Assembly (NCBI GenBank): GCA_045568075.1
Contig: JBJLBP010000001.1
Coordinates: forward strand, 30,001 to 62,000
Direction: 5' to 3'
From: Candidatus Thalassarchaeaceae archaeon
Lineage (GTDB): Archaea; Thermoplasmatota; Poseidoniia; Poseidoniales; Thalassarchaeaceae
Length of the DNA: 32,000 bases
Shown here: positions 17,192-25,165 of the stretch, in pieces
How positions within the stretch are numbered: the first letter of the stretch is position 1
Layout of the letters: each line of letters opens with the position of its first letter
Notes under the pieces: generated by a model
What the model saw: the letters and a program-made list of their open reading frames with translations, nothing else
Database searches by the model: none
What the model was told of the DNA's origin: nothing
Position numbers and translations under genes: made by a program

Positions 17192-20100
17192 ATGCGGTTA
17201 TCGCCGGATGCCGTGCCTGTCGCGCGCGTGAGTGATGAGAAAGACGACCGCGTGATTCGCGAGCGTCGCTTCAAGATGGGCGGCAACATCGACATCGATG
17301 ATCTCGGATTGGAAGACATCCGCTCCAATGCATCCGAGCAGGAACCAACATCTCCTAACTCCGATTCAAAGCCCGAAATCGATGAAGCTCTCGGCGATGT
17401 TTTCGATCCATTCGCCGAAACATCGGGAACCGAAGCAGGAGCTATTCAGGCCGACGGAAGTGTACTATCGGCTCCCGAGGATGATATCGTTACCTCGATG
17501 GCGAAAGATGGTGAACGCCGAGTCAATTGGTCACTGATGGTAGCGATGATTTTCGTTTTCAGTGCACTGAGCGTAGTCGCTGGAACGGCTTTCACGCCTC
17601 TCGTCTCTCTGATTTTGCTCTTGGCGCTCGCCGTAACCGGCTTCACACTCGGCGAGCGCTGGGTGCCAAATCCAGACTTGCATCTACTGGGAGTTTCGTG
17701 GGTCATCATTTCGATGAAGGTCCTCTATGGGCTTGCAATTGAGTTGAATCGTTGGGAATTAGGTGGAATTTTCCCTATTTCTGTTGAAGCCCTCGCTATC
17801 CTATTGATTCTCCTCGTCGCTCTCAACGTCTTCGTCGCCTACCGCCACGATCACGATGCGATTGCGGCCCAAGCCACGTTGGTTCTCTTGGCGATTGGCT
17901 CAACGGCGGGCTCGATTGGAGGAGAGGTCGGAGTCGCTGTGATGATTCTCGTCGCAACGCTACTGCTCCACGGACTCGCCTTACACCGAGGCTCTGGTAA
18001 CTTGGCAGCCCTCGGTGTCGCAGCCTCTAACCTATGGATAGGAATGCACGCCGTCACCAATGGATTCACCGCTGGCTCTCTGGTGATAGAACCCCTCGAT
18101 ACACCACTGATTCTCTTCCTGCTCCTAATGGTAATCACTGGTCTAAACGCAGCCATGGCAGCGCGCTTCGCGCGTGAAGACAATTGGTTCTCTCAGGGAT
18201 TCAAGGCGGCTGGCTTGGGCCAGCCGGGACTCTGGGGCGTATCGATTTCTCTCGGAATGGTCGGAGCCCTCATGGCAGTCGCTTCCAGCCGAGAGGACTC
18301 CGGCTTCGCGCTCGGAATGGTGACATTCCTCGCCGGCGCCTTCGGCGGCTCTTATCTCGTCGTGCGAGGAGTAGAGAAGCTCAGGGTGGCCATTCCATTA
18401 TTGGCAGGTGGAATGTTATTCTCGCTGCTTCTCATCTTTGGGGATTTAACTGAATCCATCTCACTTTTCGACCGCTACGAAACTTTCACTATCTTTGCTA
18501 CGATTCTTACCGGATTCGTCATGCTGCGTGACCAAAACCGCGTGACTGACCGCGTTCTTTGGGTAGGTTCAGTCGGCGTTCTGGTGCTCGTAGTAATTCT
18601 GATTCCAGCCGAGTCTAAGGCCGCTGGCGGCGACGGTGGATTGGCTCTCCTAGCTTTGCTGACGACGCTGCACATCGGAACTGCCGTGCTCGCTGTGATA
18701 CGCAAGGCCCCCTCGCTCGCGGGCGCTACAGTTCTGCTGCCGTGGGCTTGGGTATTGTTGCAGGAAATTGTCATCGAGGCGATTCGAACTGTGATGATAA
18801 CGAATGGGTGGTCCGACCCAGGAAATTTGATTGAACTGGCTCCGATTCCATTCGCCGTCTATCTTGTAATCTCGGTCGGATTGATGCTCATAGTCAATCT
18901 GCAGATGGGGTCGACTGGGGTCAATCTGGCAGCAGGATTCCTCGGAATCACCGAAATCTCGGCTTCGATTCGTGATTCCGGCGCTCTGCAATTATGGTCG
19001 ATGGGACTCTGGCTGCCGATGATCACAATCATCGTCATGGCACATGCTGGAGGATTCACCGCCCTCACTTTACTCGTAGTCGTCGGGGCGGTGTCAGCGG
19101 CCCATCTTGGGGCTGAATTCGTTGGACAGAGGCTAGGAGGCGCAGTGGCGTTGCTGGCGATTATCGCTGTCAGCGCTGCGATGCTTGGGTGGAAACACGG
19201 GCTTGACGAAATGTGGGTTCTTCTGATTCTCGTTGCGACCGGATCAATTCTCTATCGCGGAGAGCCCGATGACGAGCCTCGATTCACCAATGGGATCGCT
19301 CTGATGTCATTGCCACTCCTAATCGCCATCTCAACAAATGAGCCGGCGAGAATACTCGAGGCGACCGACTCTCTTCCTGACCTCGATATTTCTCTCACAG
19401 CAGTTGCCAGCACTGGTGCGGTGATGGCGATTTATCTCCCGCGCGCGGAAAAGATGGAGAAATTGCTCAAGCCGGCCGCGGCGGCACTCTGGTTGTTGGT
19501 AATCACCATCGGCCTCTCAGTGCAATTGAACAACGATACAGCAACCATGGCCGGGCTAGGCCTTTTCGCACTCAGTTCGCTATGGTTAGTTGCGCGTGGA
19601 GAGATTCGCGCTGAGCTGAAATCGATTACCCAGCGCGACGAGCGCTTGGCGATGGTAGGCCGCGAGGCTGAAGTCATGCTAAGTGGAGGCGCGGGGGGAA
19701 TCGATGGATATGACCCGCGACGTGCAGAACTCGAAGCCAAGCGAAAGAAGCGACGCGACCTCACATCAGCAGACGATGATGCTGATCTCTACACAACCGA
19801 TGTCTCGCACCGACCGACGATTGTACTCCTAGTCCTCATTCTCATTCTCGGTGCGACAATCGTTTGGGGAATGCTGTTCGCTTCCTCCCCAATCGTCCTT
19901 CTAATCGCAGGAGTTTTCGCAACACTGCTCGTCACCATCGCTCGTCTAAGGACAAAACAACTCGAACTCGACTTACCGACTGTTCTCGGTATGGAGATGC
20001 CGATTGCATACGCGATTATTGGATTGACTTTAGCCCTCGTCGCCGGTCATATCGGCCCCGGTGGAAGTAATGCACAATTGCTCGATATGGCCGTCGTGAC

Positions 20101-20986
20101 AATTCTCATTCTCCAATTCGTCATTATCTCTCTTTACCGACAGGACAACCTTCTCGACCGAATCCCAATCGCTCTCGATTGGTTCGTCCTGCCTTTGGTT
20201 CTCGGAAGATTACTCGGGGCGGTGATGGTTGAGTCACTTCCTGCCCCGTTCACCGTCGATCCACTCGACGGTGATTTCATCGAATGGCAGATTCCATGGC
20301 TTCTACTCGAAACCCTCCTCATATTCACGATTGGCATTGATGCAATGATTGACGCTCGCAGGACGAGCGTCGGTCGAGATTCACACCAATCCAGCTCTGG
20401 TCGAGGAATGCGAACCCTCGCAATCGTCATGATTTCATGGGGACCAGCTGCAATCCTCGCAGTAGCCAACGCTGTTTTGTCGGGACGCAAACATCGTCAG
20501 GTCGAAGCAGTCGGATTAGCAATCCTCTGCGCCCCATTAGCCCTGTTTTCTCTCAGCAACATATTGCCAGCAATCGGAGATAATCTCGATTGGATCATCC
20601 TTGGAGGAGGGGTGATGATGTTGATTCTGGTCGGAGCGGCGGTACCGATGCGCGATGGTCACTGGACGATGATGGCGGCTGTCGATGGCCATATTCTGCT
20701 ATTCACTGGTCTTCTATCTGTCAACGAAGCAATGTTCTATCCAGTCGCACTCTTTGCCATGTCGACAACCCTGTGGGTCGTCGGAATCCTTCACTTACGC
20801 CGTATTCTGCGAGTTTGGGGGCTGGTCGATTTGGTGCTGGGAAGTGGAGTGGCCTTGCTGATGCTGGGGGCATCGGGCAGCATCAACGCCGGCGGCCTAT
20901 TCTTGCTGCTCGCGGTCATCGGCGCTGAACTCGCTCTCGTCACTTGGTTGGGACAACGCAACGAGGAAGCCATACTGAGAGACTGA
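17192..20986 (+). CDS. very large polytopic integral membrane protein (about 35-38 hydrophobic segments by eye), no recognised family
   Basis: 1264 aa. Layout: acidic N-terminal ~110 aa, about 25 TM segments, a charged 73-aa linker (aa 802-874, nt 19595-19813: ..RRAELEAKRKKRRDLTSADDDADLY..), then about 13 more TM segments. An alternative start is the ATG at 17276 (MGGNIDIDDLGLEDI..). Confidence 0.85.
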   Translation: MRLSPDAVPVARVSDEKDDRVIRERRFKMGGNIDIDDLGLEDIRSNASEQEPTSPNSDSKPEIDEALGDVFDPFAETSGTEAGAIQADGSVLSAPEDDIVTSMAKDGERRVNWSLMVAMIFVFSALSVVAGTAFTPLVSLILLLALAVTGFTLGERWVPNPDLHLLGVSWVIISMKVLYGLAIELNRWELGGIFPISVEALAILLILLVALNVFVAYRHDHDAIAAQATLVLLAIGSTAGSIGGEVGVAVMILVATLLLHGLALHRGSGNLAALGVAASNLWIGMHAVTNGFTAGSLVIEPLDTPLILFLLLMVITGLNAAMAARFAREDNWFSQGFKAAGLGQPGLWGVSISLGMVGALMAVASSREDSGFALGMVTFLAGAFGGSYLVVRGVEKLRVAIPLLAGGMLFSLLLIFGDLTESISLFDRYETFTIFATILTGFVMLRDQNRVTDRVLWVGSVGVLVLVVILIPAESKAAGGDGGLALLALLTTLHIGTAVLAVIRKAPSLAGATVLLPWAWVLLQEIVIEAIRTVMITNGWSDPGNLIELAPIPFAVYLVISVGLMLIVNLQMGSTGVNLAAGFLGITEISASIRDSGALQLWSMGLWLPMITIIVMAHAGGFTALTLLVVVGAVSAAHLGAEFVGQRLGGAVALLAIIAVSAAMLGWKHGLDEMWVLLILVATGSILYRGEPDDEPRFTNGIALMSLPLLIAISTNEPARILEATDSLPDLDISLTAVASTGAVMAIYLPRAEKMEKLLKPAAAALWLLVITIGLSVQLNNDTATMAGLGLFALSSLWLVARGEIRAELKSITQRDERLAMVGREAEVMLSGGAGGIDGYDPRRAELEAKRKKRRDLTSADDDADLYTTDVSHRPTIVLLVLILILGATIVWGMLFASSPIVLLIAGVFATLLVTIARLRTKQLELDLPTVLGMEMPIAYAIIGLTLALVAGHIGPGGSNAQLLDMAVVTILILQFVIISLYRQDNLLDRIPIALDWFVLPLVLGRLLGAVMVESLPAPFTVDPLDGDFIEWQIPWLLLETLLIFTIGIDAMIDARRTSVGRDSHQSSSGRGMRTLAIVMISWGPAAILAVANAVLSGRKHRQVEAVGLAILCAPLALFSLSNILPAIGDNLDWIILGGGVMMLILVGAAVPMRDGHWTMMAAVDGHILLFTGLLSVNEAMFYPVALFAMSTTLWVVGILHLRRILRVWGLVDLVLGSGVALLMLGASGSINAGGLFLLLAVIGAELALVTWLGQRNEEAILRD

Positions 20987-21088
20987 CGGCTTAGTGGCGA
21001 GTGTGCGTCTTCGTGCAATTGAATTGTTTAATCGACCTGCAGTGATACGTTTTCAGAGCGGATCGAGGAATAACGTCGCATACCAAGT

Positions 21089-22075
21089 TTGATGACGGGC
21101 GGGTGCGGGAACAACACCGTGTCAGGCAGTTGGATATCGGACACCCCTGATGAGGTGGAGCACCCAACCGTGCCACTCGGGATCAATGAAATGGCGATTC
21201 CACGCGCCGCGATTCTACTTTCTTTGGCCACCGCGGCGCTACTAATCATCTCAACAATCGTCGTTGGATACAGCGTCTATGACTTCGCCAAGAATAATGA
21301 AGATGCGTTCTCAGTGACCGATAAGGACCTACTGAAGGATGAAAATGAGCGATGGTACTGGGAAATCGATCTACTCTTCGATACCTGCGACTCACGTCTT
21401 GGAGAGTGGAACTGGCCAGATGTGCTTGCTGACCAAGATGATGTATTTCTCTATCCAGGAGAATTGCGTTGTGATTGGGAGCATCAGGGCGATGGGGACC
21501 GAGCCAGCGTTGTAATCTACAACCGAGGGGATCAGACGCTCGACCTCGTGCTTGAAATCGCAGGAGGCGAGGTCGTCTTCGCATCAGAGGGTGATAGCGA
21601 TATGACGCTCGATCCTATCGAACCTAATGGCACTGCAATCGTTGAGATTGAATTGGAAAGTGAGGTTACCGAGCACGACATCACCATCGAGGCCTCTCAC
21701 CTGCGAGTTCCTGAGGCCGAAGTCCTGCTCGACGTCCATATCTTCGAGGGAACCGAAGCACGTGAAATTCACGCCAGTGACGGAGATAGCCTCGCGGTCC
21801 ACTACAAGGTGTGGGACGCCGACACGAATGAGCTGCTGGATGAAGGTGACCTCGTCGTTACAGCGGGAGATGATTCGAATTACATCAAGGGATTCGGTTG
21901 GTCGGCGATTGGACTCGACATTGATGAAGATCGAGGACTGATTCCAGGCATCGATACCGGGACTACCCACACAACTTTGCTACCGCCACCAATTGCTTAC
22001 GGAAATAGCGACGGACACGAACTTCAAGAGTCGTGGTTGCGCTTTGAGTTGAAGGTCGATAGAGCGACCATTTGA
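21089..22075 (+). CDS. membrane-anchored protein with predicted extracytoplasmic Ig-like region and C-terminal FKBP-type peptidyl-prolyl isomerase-like domain
   Basis: N-terminal anchor AAILLSLATAALLIISTIVVGY (nt ~21200-21268), preceded by Arg. The C-terminal ~100 aa (nt ~21764-22060) follow the FKBP pattern: GDSLAVHYKVW..LLDEG..YIKGFGW..LLPPPIAYG..WLRFELKV, versus FKBP12 VVHYTG..FDSS..VIRGW..ISPDYAYG..LVFDVELL (from memory). The start is uncertain: TTG 21089, ATG 21092 or ATG 21191. Confidence 0.5.
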   Translation: MMTGGCGNNTVSGSWISDTPDEVEHPTVPLGINEMAIPRAAILLSLATAALLIISTIVVGYSVYDFAKNNEDAFSVTDKDLLKDENERWYWEIDLLFDTCDSRLGEWNWPDVLADQDDVFLYPGELRCDWEHQGDGDRASVVIYNRGDQTLDLVLEIAGGEVVFASEGDSDMTLDPIEPNGTAIVEIELESEVTEHDITIEASHLRVPEAEVLLDVHIFEGTEAREIHASDGDSLAVHYKVWDADTNELLDEGDLVVTAGDDSNYIKGFGWSAIGLDIDEDRGLIPGIDTGTTHTTLLPPPIAYGNSDGHELQESWLRFELKVDRATI

Positions 22076-22124
22076 GACCACTAGCGCGCGAAAAGGACTT
22101 GACCTCGACAAGGGAGCGGAAACC

Positions 22125-23429
22125 ATGAACGAGGAGCCAACCCACTTCGCTCTTCGACCCTCAGATGACCTTGTCAAGCGCGCTTCCAAGGTCGCCAAGG
22201 CCAACTCTGCCCGCAAGGGAGAGCCTGCCTTTCACATGACTGAGGACGTGCGCAGGCTCTCTACTCCATGGTCGGTCGCACAGGTGCGGGCGACGCAAAT
22301 TGAAGCGGCCGAGTTACCCGCCGGAGTGATTCTCGATGCGGCCGCAGGTAGCGGAGTGCAATTGGTAGCATTGACTGCCGGACTAAAGCGACCGGGATTG
22401 GCAATCGAACTCGATCCGAATATCGGCCTCTTATGTGCGGCAAATATGCACTCAGCCGGAGAGTCTGGAGACCTCCAGAGATCAATGGACCGCGTATTGG
22501 TCGGCGACGGAACCGACGCCGAGAATGCTATCATCGCCTATTGGAATAGTCTGCGAGAGTCTGGAACGAGGGCGCACCCACCAATCGGTATGCTACATCT
22601 GGACCCAGCTCGCCCTCGAGACGCACAAAGACATGAAATCGATGAGATGCAACCAGCGATTGGACCATTGATGAAAGCCTGGTCTAAACATCTCGAGATA
22701 GGGCCACGCGGACCCGCGGTTCTGCTAGATCTTTCACCAAGACTCAATGAAGACCAACGAGCCCTCGTCGATGCCACTATCGAGACCACCTTCCCCGGTA
22801 TCACACGAACTTGGGAATACCTCAGCCAAGGAGGTGGTAGAATCGATCGACTCTCAGTCTGGATAGGTTCTCTATCATCCAAATCCCCATCCCGATGTGT
22901 GAGAATGGGAAGGAAGAAAATCATGGCTACAATCGAGGGTAAGATTGCTGAATCAGAAGAGGTTTCAATGAGTAAACCTCCGCCATTCGGTGCCCACTTG
23001 ACAATCGTCGACCCAGCCCTCGTTCAATCAGGGCTGCAAGAGTCCTGGCTCGAGCGAGCCCTGCCTGAAGACGCCGGACACTCATGGCTGCGACTCGATG
23101 GTCGTCGCCCACTCCTCATCTCCACAGAGCGCCTAAACAAAGATGAGGAAATCGACGCCTTTGTTGTCGCCAGCGGAGAAATTGTCCAGCATAGACTCAC
23201 GCCTCCTGAATTGCACACCATCGAGCAGACGGCGGCGGCGGCAGCTCGCAACGGAGTTGGGAAAATCACCCTGCGCTGTAGCCTCGACCCCGACCTTCAC
23301 CCAACCCTCCAGCGCAGGCTCGATAAATCGATGAAGGAATTCGATGGAGCGAACGGATTCATGGTCGACCTCGATCTTGAGAGAGGCAGTGGTAGCCACA
23401 CGCTCTACATCGTCTGCAAACATGCTTGA
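22125..23429 (+). CDS. class I SAM-dependent methyltransferase, probably the PG_1098 / THUMP-like-domain family (substrate unknown)
   Basis: 434 aa. Motif I VILDAAAGSGVQLVAL, motif II AIELD, motif IV-like LHLDPARP. The C-terminal GKITLRCSLDPDLHPTLQRRLDKSMKEFDGANGF resembles the family's 'I.tRnFp.s..elrk.lk.kdGG' tail (from memory). Confidence 0.55.
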   Translation: MNEEPTHFALRPSDDLVKRASKVAKANSARKGEPAFHMTEDVRRLSTPWSVAQVRATQIEAAELPAGVILDAAAGSGVQLVALTAGLKRPGLAIELDPNIGLLCAANMHSAGESGDLQRSMDRVLVGDGTDAENAIIAYWNSLRESGTRAHPPIGMLHLDPARPRDAQRHEIDEMQPAIGPLMKAWSKHLEIGPRGPAVLLDLSPRLNEDQRALVDATIETTFPGITRTWEYLSQGGGRIDRLSVWIGSLSSKSPSRCVRMGRKKIMATIEGKIAESEEVSMSKPPPFGAHLTIVDPALVQSGLQESWLERALPEDAGHSWLRLDGRRPLLISTERLNKDEEIDAFVVASGEIVQHRLTPPELHTIEQTAAAAARNGVGKITLRCSLDPDLHPTLQRRLDKSMKEFDGANGFMVDLDLERGSGSHTLYIVCKHA

Positions 23430-23503
23430 AAAATAGCAAAAACACACCTGAAGAAGAAAAAATACCGGATTCTGGGCCAACCTGGTAAATTCTCACCTCT
23501 TCA

Positions 23504-23573
23504 CGCCCCGTAGGGGCGGCCGTCTCCTTCAAATATGGAGGGCAGGTCGGCGGGATGCCCTTTGAGGGCCATC
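23504..23573 (+). promoter_or_regulatory. GC-rich hairpin cluster in the leader / intergenic region upstream of rps13
   Basis: Three hairpins. First: CGCCCC-gta-GGGGCG (23504-23518). Second: CTCC-ttcaaatat-GGAG (23524-23540), whose AT-rich loop could alternatively be the TATA box. Third: GATGCCC-tttga-GGGC(c)ATC (23554-23573). GGGGGA lies about 8 nt before the ATG at 23605. Confidence 0.3.
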
Positions 23574-23604
23574 GGGCAACCGATGAACACGGGGGAACCG
23601 TACT

Positions 23605-24072
23605 ATGGCAAAAGTGAATGAAGCAGAACTAGGAGAGGATTTCTCCTACATCCTGAGGCTCGCCGACTCTGACATCGATGGTCTTCGACCGATTGCGCAA
23701 GGCCTGACTTCCATCCCGGGAGTCGGAAAGCGATCGGCCGGACAGATTTGCCGCATGGCAGATATCGAAGGCAGTAAACTCGGCGGACATCTGTCCGATG
23801 AGGAACAGAACAGGATTCGAACAACAATTGACGAATACGCGTTGAACGTGCCTTGGTGGCTCGTCAACAGACAGCGCGACCTGCAGTCCAATGAGGATGC
23901 ACACATCATCGGAACCGAGGTCAAATTGACTAAGAAAGACGATGTTGCACGCTTGGCTGCAATCAAGACTTACCGCGGAATACGCCACCGCAGCGGCCAC
24001 AAGGTCCGCGGACAGCGCCTGCGCAGTAACGGTCGCAGCGGCAGCACACTCGGTGTGCAGAGGAAGAAGTGA
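23605..24072 (+). CDS. rps13: 30S ribosomal protein S13 (uS13), archaeal type
   Basis: 155 aa. FSYILRLADSDIDG..LTSIPGVGKRSAGQICR..IKTYRGIRHRSGHKVRGQRLRSNGR. First gene of the archaeal S13-S4-S11-RpoD cluster. Confidence 0.95.
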   Translation: MAKVNEAELGEDFSYILRLADSDIDGLRPIAQGLTSIPGVGKRSAGQICRMADIEGSKLGGHLSDEEQNRIRTTIDEYALNVPWWLVNRQRDLQSNEDAHIIGTEVKLTKKDDVARLAAIKTYRGIRHRSGHKVRGQRLRSNGRSGSTLGVQRKK

Positions 24073-24078
24073 GGTGAT
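24070..24078 (+). promoter_or_regulatory. rps13 stop codon fused to the Shine-Dalgarno of rps4 (TGAGGTGAT)
   Basis: TGA (24070-24072) overlaps GAGGTGAT (24071-24078), and the rps4 ATG is at 24082. GAGGTGAT is complementary to the conserved 16S 3' end. Confidence 0.7.
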
Positions 24079-24081
24079 TAG

Positions 24082-24774
24082 ATGGGCCATCCTAAGTTTG
24101 CAAGACCAAAGACACAGACACCCGCGCACCCGTGGAAGGCTGCTCGAATTGAGGAAGAGCATGCTCTCAAGGAGCAATTCGGCCTCAAGCGAGTAGGTGG
24201 AATGCGTGAGATTTGGAGAGAGAAGTCCGCTCTTCGCCGTCACCGAAACCAAGCTATGAAGCTCATTGGGCGAGTCGACTCCTCTGAGGGGCACTTCGCT
24301 CGCGAGAAGACTGACCTCGTGACCGCTATGGTCCGCAAGGGTCTGCTCGCGGAAGGATCTAGCATCGATGATGTTCTACAGATTACTGTCGAGCACATGC
24401 TATCGCGTCGCCTCCAGTCGGTTGTTTACTACCGCGGCCTCGCACCATCCATGCGAGCTGCTCGAAACATGATTGTTCACGGTCACATCTCGATTGGTGA
24501 GCAGCGCATGACCGTTCCTGGCTACAAGATTCTACGCGATGAGGAAGATAACCTCCAGTACAGCGCTAATTCGCCTTATCTCAACGATAACCATCCATTC
24601 CGTGTGGAAATGGAGCAACTCCGCATTACACGTCAGAGTGAAGATGAGGAAATTGAGGAAGTCGGAGGCGTACGTGCCACGACCGATAACGACGAATTCG
24701 TCGAACAAATCAAGGCCGAGGCGGAGAAAGCTCCAACTGTCGAAGATACAATCCCAGAAGGAGGCGATGAATGA
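24082..24774 (+). CDS. rps4: 30S ribosomal protein S4 (uS4), archaeal type, with acidic C-terminal extension
   Basis: 230 aa. MGHPKFARPK..HPW..FGLKRVGGMREIWREKS..LSRRLQSVVYYRGLAPSMRAARNMIVHGHISIG. The last ~45 aa are acidic (QSEDEEIEEVGG..EDTIPEGGDE). Confidence 0.95.
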   Translation: MGHPKFARPKTQTPAHPWKAARIEEEHALKEQFGLKRVGGMREIWREKSALRRHRNQAMKLIGRVDSSEGHFAREKTDLVTAMVRKGLLAEGSSIDDVLQITVEHMLSRRLQSVVYYRGLAPSMRAARNMIVHGHISIGEQRMTVPGYKILRDEEDNLQYSANSPYLNDNHPFRVEMEQLRITRQSEDEEIEEVGGVRATTDNDEFVEQIKAEAEKAPTVEDTIPEGGDE

Positions 24775-25154
24775 TGGGTCACAAGGCGATTCTACATATT
24801 TTCAGCACTTACAACAATGTGCTGATCACCGCAACTGATCTCACCGGAGCCGAGACTTTGGCGAAGGTCTCCGGTGGACAGGTCACCAAGAAGGGCAGCG
24901 ATGCCGGTGGCCAATTCGCAGCAACCCGAGCCGCCGAGCGCATCGCTGAGATGCTCTCAGAGAAAGAATTCGACCAAGTCATCGTGAAGTATCGCGGTGC
25001 CGGTGGAAACCGCTCTCACAGTGCTCCAGGCGCCACCGCGGCAATCCGTGCTCTGACTCGTGCAGGCGTACAGATTACTCGCATCGAGGACGTCACTCCT
25101 ATCCCTACTGATGGGACCAAAAAGAAGGGCGGACGAAGGGGCCGTAGGGTCTGA
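24771..25154 (+). CDS. rps11: 30S ribosomal protein S11 (uS11)
   Basis: 127 aa. ILHIFSTYNNVLITATD..GGNRSHSAPGATAAIRALTRAGVQITRIEDVTPIPTDGTKKKGGRRGRRV. ATGA overlap with the rps4 stop, and AGGAGG at 24759-24764. Confidence 0.95.
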   Translation: MMGHKAILHIFSTYNNVLITATDLTGAETLAKVSGGQVTKKGSDAGGQFAATRAAERIAEMLSEKEFDQVIVKYRGAGGNRSHSAPGATAAIRALTRAGVQITRIEDVTPIPTDGTKKKGGRRGRRV

Positions 25155-25160
25155 GGTGAT
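25152..25160 (+). promoter_or_regulatory. rps11 stop codon fused to the Shine-Dalgarno of rpoD (TGAGGTGAT)
   Basis: The same 9-mer as at 24070-24078. The rpoD ATG is at 25166. Confidence 0.7.
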
Positions 25161-25165
25161 TTGAA

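Noticed and set aside
21090-21153. TGATGA (21090-21095; also 21148-21153) and CTGA (21147-21150) resembling C and D boxes of a C/D sRNA.
   Set aside because: The first TGATGA contains the candidate ATG start (21092) of the FKBP-like gene. The spacing and order do not give a C-D'-C'-D arrangement with terminal pairing. It is most simply coding or leader sequence.
23524-23540. TTCAAAT sequence flanked by CTCC/GGAG, reminiscent of a tRNA T-arm. I considered a hidden tRNA upstream of rps13.
   Set aside because: The stem is only 4 bp with a 9-nt loop. No acceptor, D or anticodon arms can be built on either strand around it.
23629-24294. 221-aa minus-strand ORF spanning rps13 and rps4.
   Set aside because: It is antisense to two unmistakable ribosomal protein genes and crosses their intergenic SD site.
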